From contig CAWFXA010000003.1 of the NCBI GenBank assembly GCA_963819655.1, positions 480,001 through 544,000 on the forward strand: a DNA stretch of 64,000 bases, read 5' to 3'. Position 1 is the first letter of the stretch; the number at the start of each line of letters is the position of its first letter. Both the position numbers and the translations under genes were made by a program. Shown in pieces: positions 9,282 through 17,060 of this stretch. The notes beneath the pieces are model-generated. The model made no database searches. It was not told where the DNA came from and saw only the letters and a list, made by a program, of their open reading frames with translations. The stretch is from an uncultured Chloroflexia bacterium. Its GTDB lineage: Bacteria; Chloroflexota; Limnocylindria; Limnocylindrales; CSP1-4.

Positions 9282-10922
9282 ATGCCCCTTGACGCCCTCA
9301 TCACCGGTCGTATCGCCACGCTCGCGGGCGACTCGGGGTTCGGCTGGGTCGAGGCGATCGGGATCCGCGACGGTCGGGTCGCATTCGCCGGCTCTGAGGT
9401 GTACCTGGACACCAGGGCGGACCCGTTCACGGAACGCATCCGCCTCGAGCCGGAGCAGATCGCGATCCCCGGGCTGACCGATGCCCACCTGCATCTGGCA
9501 CAGGCGGCGCTCGCGTCGCGCCATGTGGATCTGGGCGATTCGCCGACACTCGAGGACGGGCTCGCCCTTCTGCGCAAGACGCACGACAAGCTGCCCGCCG
9601 ACGCCTGGCTCGAGGGCCACGGTTGGGATTCGGATCGCTGGGGCGGCTGGCCGACGGCCGACTCGCTGGAATCGGTCGCGCCGGGTCGGAAGGCCGCGAT
9701 CTGGGCGCACGACCATCACGCGCTGTGGGCGAGCCACGCGGCGGTCCGCGCGGCGGAGCTACCCGCTGGCGATCCGCCCGGAGGCGTCATCCGGCGCGCA
9801 GACGACCGGACACCCGAAGGCGTGCTGTACGAGGCGGCCACCCGGCTCATCACGATCCACGTCCCGGCCCCGTCGGCCGAGGACCTCGAACGCGCGATGA
9901 TCGAGGTCGGGCAGGACCTGGTGTCGCTCGGCGTCGTCGCGTGCCATGACCCGGGCGGCGTCGCCCCGGACCCTGCGCTGTCCTACTCGTTCCCGGCATA
10001 CGCTCGGCTGTCCGACGCGGGACGGCTACCGGTCCGCGTCCACGCGTGCATGCGCGACGACGCGGTCGCGGCGGCGATCGAGCAGGGCCATCGCAGCGGG
10101 GCTCGGCTGGGCGCCAACCCTGACGGCCGCGCCACCGTCGGCTGGCAGAAGTGCTTTGCCGACGGGTCGCTCGGGTCGCGCACTGCTGCGCTTCTCGACG
10201 ACATCGAGCCGGAGCCCGACCGACCGCTGCCTCCCGACCTCCGGCGCGGCGTCTGGATGACCGATCCGGACGCTTTACGGGAGCGCGTCCAGTGGGCGTC
10301 CGGCGGGGGCATCGCCACGACGATCCACGCCATCGGCGATGCGGCCGTGCGCGCCGCCCTCGACGTGCTGACCCCGTTCGCGCCGACGTCGCCCCTCATG
10401 CCCCGCATCGAGCACGTCCAGATGCTCCATCGGGACGACCGACCGCGTTTCGCGGCCGCCGGCATCGCCGCCAGCGTCCAGCCCGTCCATCTCGGGTCCG
10501 ACGCGATCCAGGCCTGGAAGCTGTGGGGCGACCGCGCGGAGGCCGAGGGCTACACCTGGAAGGCGATCGCCGACACCGGCGCGGTCATGGCGTTCGGCAC
10601 GGACGCGCCGGTCGAGTCATACGACCCGTGGCCGGGCCTGGCGCTCGCGGTGCGACGCGAGGACGCACGCTGGCCGGCGGGCACACCGGCGTTCGCGCCG
10701 GATGAGGCGCTCACGCTCGAGCGTGCGCTGCGGGCGCAGTGCATCGATGGCCCGGTCTCGGCTCGCGAGCTCGACCGCGGCCGTCTGACGGTCGGCCAGC
10801 GGGCCGACGTCGTTGTGATCCCCGCGGCGTCGCTCGATGAGCAGGTGACGCCGGGTGGTCCGTTGTCGACGACGCGCCCGGACATCGTGCTGATGGACGG
10901 CAAGGTCGTCTTCGAGGTCTAG
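9282..10922 (+). CDS. Amidohydrolase (YtcJ-like, Amidohydro_3)
   Basis: PGLTDAHLH, KCFADGSLGSRTA, HAIGD, RIEHVQ, FGTDAPV. Confidence 0.9.
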   Translation: MPLDALITGRIATLAGDSGFGWVEAIGIRDGRVAFAGSEVYLDTRADPFTERIRLEPEQIAIPGLTDAHLHLAQAALASRHVDLGDSPTLEDGLALLRKTHDKLPADAWLEGHGWDSDRWGGWPTADSLESVAPGRKAAIWAHDHHALWASHAAVRAAELPAGDPPGGVIRRADDRTPEGVLYEAATRLITIHVPAPSAEDLERAMIEVGQDLVSLGVVACHDPGGVAPDPALSYSFPAYARLSDAGRLPVRVHACMRDDAVAAAIEQGHRSGARLGANPDGRATVGWQKCFADGSLGSRTAALLDDIEPEPDRPLPPDLRRGVWMTDPDALRERVQWASGGGIATTIHAIGDAAVRAALDVLTPFAPTSPLMPRIEHVQMLHRDDRPRFAAAGIAASVQPVHLGSDAIQAWKLWGDRAEAEGYTWKAIADTGAVMAFGTDAPVESYDPWPGLALAVRREDARWPAGTPAFAPDEALTLERALRAQCIDGPVSARELDRGRLTVGQRADVVVIPAASLDEQVTPGGPLSTTRPDIVLMDGKVVFEV

Positions 10923-12302
10923 GTCGGGCGGTCCAGCTCGCGGAGTGCGTCGGCGAACAGGCCGTTGAAGATCCGCGACGTCGATGGGAAGGCGTGGATC
11001 GTGTCCGCCAGGACGTCGATCGTGACGTGGGCCTGGATCGCCAGCACGCATTCGTGGATCGCCGCCGATGCGTCGGGGCAGGCGATGGCCGCGCCGACGA
11101 GCTCGCGCGACCCGCGGTCGACCACGATCGTGAGGTGGCCGAACGTGGCCTCGAGCGCATAACCGCGACTGCTCTTCGCAAAGTCGGCGACCTGCTCGAA
11201 CGCGTCGAGCCCTCTCTCGTTCGCGGCCTCGAGCGACACCCCGACGAACGCCGCCTCGGGGTCGGTGTACGTCGCGCGCGGCAGCGCGCGGTAGTCGGGC
11301 ATGACGGTCTCGCCCTGGGTCATGCGGGCAACGAGCTCGCCCTGGTAGTGCGCCTGGTGCGTGTGGAGCTCGGGCCCGGCGGCGTCGCCCACGGCGTACA
11401 GCCCGTCGGCGATCCGCAGCCGTCCATCGCGCGGGTAGGGTGGTGTCCGCCCGCTCGGATCGAGGCCGTAATGCTCCAGGCCGAGATCGTCGAGCGGCAC
11501 TTCGCGGCCGACGGCAGCGAGGACCACGTGTCCCTCGGCAGTGGAGCCATCGTCGAGCTCGATGACGTGGGCACCATCCGTGCCGACGCCGGCCCGCGCG
11601 GCCACCGCCCGGACGCCGGTCCGTACCGTCACGCCATCGGCGTTGAGCGTGGCGCGTATCACCTCTGAGTTCCGCGGATGATCGGTCGGGGCGAGGCGCG
11701 GCCCGGACTGGACGATCACCACGGGCACCCCGAACCGGGCGTAGACCTGGGCGAGCTCGCAGCCGGTCGGACCTCCGCCCAGGATCAGCATGCTCCGCGG
11801 CAGCTCACGGGTCAGCGTGGCCTGCTCGTTCGTCCAGACGTCGATATCGTCGATGCCCGGGATCTGGATACGGCGCGAGCCCGAGCCGACCGCCACCACG
11901 ACGTTCGATCCCGACAGGTCGTGGCGGACGCCGTCGTGCGTGACGCTGACCCGCCCGCGACCGACGATCCGCGCGTCCCCGCGATAGACGACGGCACCCG
12001 CCTCCTCGAGCGCGCGGACGTGGCTCGAAATCGTCGGGCTCTGCGGCACCGGCGGGACGGTTCACCATGAAGTCCCGATAGGTGGACGCCCGTGGCCACT
12101 CGTAGCGAGCCGGGTTCGCACGGTGTTCCGCCGCGCCGTGGAGCAGCGACTTCGACGGTACGCAGCCGATGTGCGGGCAGCTTCCACCGAACCAGCGATG
12201 GTCCGCGATCGCGACGCTCGCGCCGAGGCCGCGGGCCTTGTGCGCGGCCGCCTCACCACCCGGGCCGGCACCGATGATGACGAGGTCGAAGATCGGATCC
12301 AT
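10919..12302 (-). CDS. Pyridine nucleotide-disulfide oxidoreductase (dihydrolipoamide dehydrogenase/MerA-like); frameshifted near 12029
   Basis: IGAGPGG and GGSCPHIGCVPSK in one frame; LGGGPTGCELA, AVGD, YTDPE, HAFP in the next; removing one base of the AAA at 12028-12030 joins them. Confidence 0.85.
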
Positions 12303-12306
12303 CGCG

Positions 12307-13137
12307 TCAGTCTGCCCGCTGCCGAAGGCGGCCGCGCTGCCGTCGCGCTTCGTACAGCAGGACCGCAGCAGACACCGACACGTTCAGGCTGTCGGCCACG
12401 CCGTGCATCGGCAGGCGGACGGTTGCGACGTCGTCGCCCTCCCAGTCGGCCGTCAGGCCGTCCGTCTCGCTGCCGAATGCGATGGCGAGCGGGCCTGTGA
12501 GGTCCGCGTCGCTGTAGAGGCGCTCGGCGTCGACCCGTGTCGCGACGATCCGGAGAGCGCGCTCGCGCAGCCATCCGACCACCTCACCGGTCGGCGCGGC
12601 CGCAAGCGGCACCGCGAAGATGGTGCCCGCGCTCGCCCGGATCACGTTGGGGTTGGCGAGATCCGTCCGAGCTGACGCGGCGATGAGCGCGTCGGCACCG
12701 GCGCCGTCGGCGCTGCGCAGCACCGCCCCGATGTTCCCCGGCTTCTCGACGCCCTCGACCACGATCACGAGCGGGTCATCGGGCAGGGTCAGGTCGGCGA
12801 GCCGCAGGGTTGGCGCGCGTATGACTGCGACGAGGCCCTCGGCTCGATCGCCGAAGGCGAGCTTCGCGAACGCGGTCTCGGTCGTGCCCGTGATGGGGAC
12901 GCGGGCCGCGGCCAGCAGATCGAGCGCCGCCCTCGCGTCCTCGCCGGCGAGCAGGGGTTCGCACACGAACGCCTCCACGACCTCGACCCCGGCATCGAGC
13001 GCGCGGCGCAACTCGCGTGCACCGTCGACCAGCGTCAGGCCGGTCGACTCGCGCTCGCGTCGATCGCGCAACCGGGCGACCGACTTGATCCGCGGGTTCG
13101 ATGGGCTGGCAAGGGCAGGGGAGGGCATCGCACTCAT
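12307..13137 (-). CDS. TrmH/SpoU family RNA methyltransferase
   Basis: SPSNPRIK, EKPGNIGAVLRSA, FGSE, RLPMHGVADSLNVS. Confidence 0.93.
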   Translation of the reverse strand: MSAMPSPALASPSNPRIKSVARLRDRRERESTGLTLVDGARELRRALDAGVEVVEAFVCEPLLAGEDARAALDLLAAARVPITGTTETAFAKLAFGDRAEGLVAVIRAPTLRLADLTLPDDPLVIVVEGVEKPGNIGAVLRSADGAGADALIAASARTDLANPNVIRASAGTIFAVPLAAAPTGEVVGWLRERALRIVATRVDAERLYSDADLTGPLAIAFGSETDGLTADWEGDDVATVRLPMHGVADSLNVSVSAAVLLYEARRQRGRLRQRAD

Positions 13138-13974
13138 GATGCGCCGCTCCCGCGGGCGAAGGCACCCAGCTCGAGGCTCGCACCGGACGTCGCGCGAAGA
13201 ACCAGCTCGCCGATCTCGACGTCATCGACGACCGTCGACAGCCACGCGCCGAGATCGTCGGCGTCGATCCCCTCGGTGTGGGCGGTCAGGAGCACCCAAC
13301 CCGCCGGCGTGAGGAGCCGGCGGATGTCGTCGAGAAGTGGCTCCAGGTCGTCCTCGAGTCGCCAGGCCTTGCCAGACGCGCCGTGCCCGTAGGTCGGCGG
13401 GTCGAGGACGACGCCGTCGTAGCGCCGTTCGCGACGGAGCTCGCGCGCCACGAAGGCACCGGCGTCGTCCACGATCCAGCGGATCGGGCGGTCGGCGAGC
13501 TCGTTCAGCGCCGCGTTCCGTCGCGCCCAGGCGACGGCGGGCCGTGCCGAATCGACGTGTGTGACGGCGGCGCCGACGCGAGCAAGAGCGAGCGTCCCCA
13601 TACCCGTGTAGCCGAACAGATTGAGGATCGACGGGCGCTCCGTGGCGGTGTCGGTGCCCTTCCGGTCGACGTGCGCCGTCGACCACGGCAGCATCGCGGC
13701 GTGCTCGGGGAAGACCCCGACCTGCCCGGAGGGGGTGGGTCGAAGCTCGAAGGCGAGGTCGGCGATCCGGGCGATCCAGCCGTTCCGTGCCTTGACGAGA
13801 CCGGTCCCACTCCAGCCCGTTGTCGCGATCGAACCGCAGATCGGCGTCCGCCCACTCGCGCGGCGAGCGCTGCCGCTCGCCGATGGCCGCGGGATGCGGT
13901 CGGTGGACGATGTGATCGCCGAATCGCTCGAGGCGCGCGCCGTCACCCGCGTCGATGAGCTCGTAGTCGTCCAC
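13134..13974 (-). CDS. Class I SAM-dependent methyltransferase (RlmI/RlmK-like); frameshifted near 13817
   Basis: DYELIDAGDGARLERFG N-terminus in one frame; GVFPEH, ILNLFGYTG, VLDPPTYG in adjacent frame. Confidence 0.8.
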
Positions 13975-14047
13975 GGGCTCATCATCATCGAAACCGCGTA
14001 CGCCGAGCCGTCGAATCGTCTGCAAGGAACGGAGAAGGAGGGTCCGC

Positions 14048-14188
14048 GTGGTCCGTCGATCGATCCTGGCGTTGGTGCTGGTCCTGGCCGCCGCCCTGGG
14101 CGCCTGCACGAGCCCGTCCGGTGGAGGGTCGGGCGGCGGCGCGTCAGGCGCCCCGTCCGAATCGCCCGCCGCCAAACCGGGTTACTGA
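14048..14188 (+). CDS. Small secreted lipoprotein (46 aa)
   Basis: AAGGAGG SD then GTG; MVRRSILALVLVLAAALGACTSPSGGGSGGGASGAPSESPAAKPGY*; lipobox LGAC. Confidence 0.7.
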   Translation: MVRRSILALVLVLAAALGACTSPSGGGSGGGASGAPSESPAAKPGY

Positions 14189-14215
14189 GCGCGCGTCGTC
14201 GTCACGCGAGCAGGT

Positions 14216-14245
14216 TTGTCGGTCGCGGCCCCGTTCGGGTACGAT
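14216..14245 (+). promoter_or_regulatory. Putative sigma70-type promoter for the original tRNA-Val transcript
   Basis: TTGTCG-18 nt-TACGAT. Confidence 0.45.
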
Positions 14246-14277
14246 GCCCGCTGCCGTACGGGTCGCGGCACCGTCAT

Positions 14278-14400
14278 TTCCGGCGCCTAGGTGAGACGTG
14301 GAACATCTCGCCGTTACGGGTTCCGGGAGAGGCGATGTCGAGGCACGAACGGTAGGTTCCGACAGTCGTCGGGTGTAGCCACACTCGGCGGACGCCGGAA
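14278..14400 (+). ncRNA. Candidate structured RNA immediately upstream of the tRNA-Val 5' fragment
   Basis: Closing stem TTCCGGCG/CGCCGGAA, internal GGAAC/GTTCC, ACATC.CGCC/GGCGATGT and CGGGTGT/ACACTCG helices; no credible ORF. Confidence 0.4.
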
Positions 14401-14405
14401 CCGTC

Positions 14406-14445
14406 GGGCGGCTAGCTCAGCTGGTCAGAGCACTTGCTTGACATG
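14406..14445 (+). repeat. 5'-half tRNA-Val fragment (att direct repeat)
   Basis: 40 bp identical to 18576-18615 except one position; ends just after the anticodon loop. Confidence 0.93.
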
Positions 14446-14553
14446 AGCGAGCGCCCTACGGCCGTGCTAGCCGCTTACTCATGCGCGGCTTTCCCACCGT
14501 CACCCACGCCGATATCGGCTGTCCGGGATCGGCTCTAATCGTGCCTCACCCTG

Positions 14554-14606
14554 GTCGGCCCGGACCAACTCACGGCTCAGGGGACCGAGGGCTCGGGAGC
14601 CCGACC
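14554..14606. repeat. Dispersed hairpin repeat, copy 1 (diverged)
   Basis: GTCGGCCCGGACCAACT...GGGACCGAGGGCTCGGGAGCC similar to copies at 15181 and 16580. Confidence 0.55.
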
Positions 14607-14706
14607 GACCCATTTCTGCCCCGCGGGGTATCCTGCGCCCTTCGACCTTGAGCCAGCGGGAGGGCAATTCCCTCCCCGCCTGAGGACGACAGAGGGGTAC
14701 CGTCCA

Positions 14707-15147
14707 ATGGCCAAGTTCGACTGCACCACGACGATCAAGCGACCCGTCGAGGAGGTCTTCGCAGTGCTGAGCGACTTCTCGAAAGGTCCGGAGTGGTCCT
14801 CGAGCGCCGTAGAACCGGCGAAGAAGACCTCAGATGGTCCGATCGGCGTCGGAACGACATGGCACGCGTTCGGCAAGACCGCCGGTCGGAAGTTCGAGAG
14901 CGACGTCAAGTACACCGAGTTCGAGGTGAACCGAAAGATCGTCTCTACCGTCACGAAGCCATTCCCGACGACGCTCACGGTCACGCTCGAGACGGTTCCC
15001 GGTGGCACGCGTGTCGACCAGACCGTCGACGGCGAGCCGGGCGGGTTCTTCAAGCTCGCCGAGCCGCTCGTCGTGAAGATGTCCAAGCGACAGTTCCAGG
15101 GCGATCTCGACAACCTCCGCGACCTCATGGACGCTCGCGCGCTCTAA
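14707..15147 (+). CDS. SRPBCC/polyketide cyclase-like family protein
   Basis: TIKRPVEEVFAVLSDF..PEW, GPIGVGT, GGTRV, C-terminal helix DLDNLRDLM; AGAGGGG SD. Confidence 0.88.
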   Translation: MAKFDCTTTIKRPVEEVFAVLSDFSKGPEWSSSAVEPAKKTSDGPIGVGTTWHAFGKTAGRKFESDVKYTEFEVNRKIVSTVTKPFPTTLTVTLETVPGGTRVDQTVDGEPGGFFKLAEPLVVKMSKRQFQGDLDNLRDLMDARAL

Positions 15148-15180
15148 CCCGGCAGCGGCCAAAGAAGACGTCAGGTCCCC

Positions 15181-15235
15181 GTCGGCCCGGACCGACTGGC
15201 GGCTGACGAGGGATCGAAGGTCCGGGGCCGGAGCC
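15181..15235. repeat. Dispersed hairpin repeat, copy 2
   Basis: GTCGGCCCGGACCGACTGGCGGCTGACGAGGGATCGAAGGTCCGGGGCCGGAGCC; 51/55 identical to copy 4. Confidence 0.85.
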
Positions 15236-15281
15236 AGGGCGATGACAGCCTAGCGGTCGCCCTACCGCAGACTTAGCTGTG

Positions 15282-15500
15282 ATGTCCCGACGATCGGCTC
15301 CTGAACGCCTCGACACGGCCTGGCAAGCCGGCGTCCGCAACCGCCTCACCGGCGAGGGCATGACCGAAGCGACGGCCGACGCCTGGATCGCCGTGTGGGA
15401 GGTTCACGCGGCGCAGGACGTCGTCGAACGCGGTTCTGGTTACTGGGAGGCAGCCTGGGTTGGATCGCCGCTCAGCCAAAGGATCGGGTCAGGCCGAACC
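15282..15500 (+). pseudogene. Small Trp-rich hypothetical protein, apparently frameshifted
   Basis: MSRRSAPERLD...MTEATADAWIAVWE...YWEAAW then continues as WIAAQ...RVRP in the adjacent frame. Confidence 0.45.
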
Positions 15501-15502
15501 CG

Positions 15503-15523
15503 GTCGGCCCGAACCGACTGGCC
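15503..15523. repeat. Dispersed hairpin repeat, copy 3 (5' part only)
   Basis: GTCGGCCCGAACCGACTGGCC matches the first 21 nt of copy 4 with one mismatch. Confidence 0.7.
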
Positions 15524-15704
15524 GACTCGGGGCGCCCAATGCCCACCGGTCGCGCTGGACGGCCGACCGAGGGTGACGGAGCCGGAGACGGCGTCCGCGC
15601 GCTGCCATCCCCGGCCCATGGGGAAGGCCCCTGACGAGTGGGAGGAAACCAGCACCCACCCGGAGCCTGAGCTGCCAGAGGACCAACGACTCCCGCGGGT
15701 GAAC

Positions 15705-15845
15705 TCACAAACCGAGGATCTTCACGAACTTGCCGGTGCGGACGTAAGGCTCGGCGTTGAAGCCGAACTCCTCCTCCGCCCGGAAGCCGGTGACGTTCGG
15801 GTCGAACCTCGAGCCCGCCTTCGACGACACCTCGATCCGGTTGCC
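15705..15845 (-). pseudogene. Probable C-terminal remnant of a phage major capsid protein
   Basis: Manual translation: RIEVSSKAGSRFDPNVTGFRAEEEFGFNAEPYVRTGKFVKILGL*; resembles the HK97-fold F..N...RAE.R.G C-terminal signature. Confidence 0.5.
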
Positions 15846-15942
15846 GGCGGCCTCACAGACGGCGGCCGCCTCCCCTGCCGTGACGGCCGAAGCACGCAGA
15901 CGGACTACAGTTGACGGACCGCCGGGAGAAAGGGAGATACGG

Positions 15943-16443
15943 ATGCGGAAGATTGCGAGCGTAGGCGCCGCCTTGCTGCTGCTGCTCGCGGCAGCCGGAC
16001 CCGCCGCCGGAGCGAGCCGTACCTACTCGGTGCACCTGGATGGCGACACGGAGGTGCCGGCGAACGCGTCGCAGGCGGCTGGGCAGGCCGTCTTCCAACT
16101 GAGCCGTGACCGCACGTCGCTCGAGTACATGCTGATCGTCGCCAATCTGGACAATCCGGTCGCGGCGCACATCCACGTCGGTCCGACGGGCGTGAACGGA
16201 CCCGTGGTCGCGAACCTCTTCTCCGGAGTGCCAGGAGATGGGACCGCGAACGGGATGATTGCGGAGGGCACGATCACCGCGACAAATCTCACCGGGCCGC
16301 TTACCGGTCAACCGTTGTCGGCGCTCGTCGAGGCTCTCAACTCCGGCAACGCGTACGTCAACGTGCACACGAACGATGGCGTGCCGCCTGCCGGTACCGG
16401 CCCGGGCGATCTCCCGGGCGGCGAGATTCGCGGGGACTTCTAA
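15943..16443 (+). CDS. Secreted CHRD domain protein
   Basis: Signal peptide; EVP, AAHIH..GPVV, AYVNVHT...GEIRG; GGGAG SD. Confidence 0.9.
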   Translation: MRKIASVGAALLLLLAAAGPAAGASRTYSVHLDGDTEVPANASQAAGQAVFQLSRDRTSLEYMLIVANLDNPVAAHIHVGPTGVNGPVVANLFSGVPGDGTANGMIAEGTITATNLTGPLTGQPLSALVEALNSGNAYVNVHTNDGVPPAGTGPGDLPGGEIRGDF

Positions 16444-16579
16444 GAGTCCTGAAAACGTCCGCCAGCGTCCGTCGCTGACGGACTCGCGCACGGATACGCC
16501 TCAGAGGCGGGTGTCCCATGGGGGATGTCCGCCTCTGTTGCAACCAGCGTTGCTCCCAAGCGGCCTCTGCAAGGCGCCG

Positions 16580-16634
16580 GTCGGCCCGGACCGACTGGCC
16601 GCTGACACGGGATCGAAGGTCCGGGACCGGAGCC
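16580..16634. repeat. Dispersed hairpin repeat, copy 4
   Basis: GTCGGCCCGGACCGACTGGCCGCTGACACGGGATCGAAGGTCCGGGACCGGAGCC. Confidence 0.85.
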
Positions 16635-16851
16635 GGGTCGCCACACCGTACCCGCCGACCCTTACCGGCGGCTTCACGGTCGGGCCGAACCACGGACCGC
16701 ATACAAGATGCTCGTACAGCCGGTTTCGGACCCGCCACAACCGTCTTCTGCGCCGGCGGCTTGCTGGAAAGCACGAAGCCGATGGATACATCGTTTGGGC
16801 TCGAGCCCCCAACGAACGAGTAGCCGTGGCACAACGTGCAGGGGACCTCAA

Positions 16852-16890
16852 GACGGCACGGTCATGACCGTGCCGTCGTCCTTTTCTCTT
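16852..16890 (+). terminator. Perfect 26-bp palindrome followed by T-rich tract
   Basis: GACGGCACGGTCA|TGACCGTGCCGTC then GTCCTTTTCTCTT. Confidence 0.55.
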
Positions 16891-17060
16891 GGGAGCCTCC
16901 GCTGCGAGCGATGTGCGGCCCGGCGAGGAGATGGTCCGGCTACCCTCGCCGTCAGGACACGGCGCAGGCTGTCGGCGTACGAGCGGGAGCAGCGGGCGAG
17001 GCGCGGCACGCCCCAGGCCGATCCCCGGCCGTGAAAGCCCGCCGAATCGCGTGAAGCTGG

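Noticed and set aside
14278-14400. glmS ribozyme resemblance (GCGCC...GTCGAGG...TCGGCGGACGCC)
   Set aside because: Core spacing and the AGCGCC/GACGAGG consensus are not matched and there is no glmS gene downstream.
14554-16634. CRISPR array or classical integron interpretation of the island repeats
   Set aside because: Spacing is hundreds of bases and irregular, there are no cas genes, no attC consensus ends, and the integrase fragment lacks the catalytic domain needed to call it IntI.
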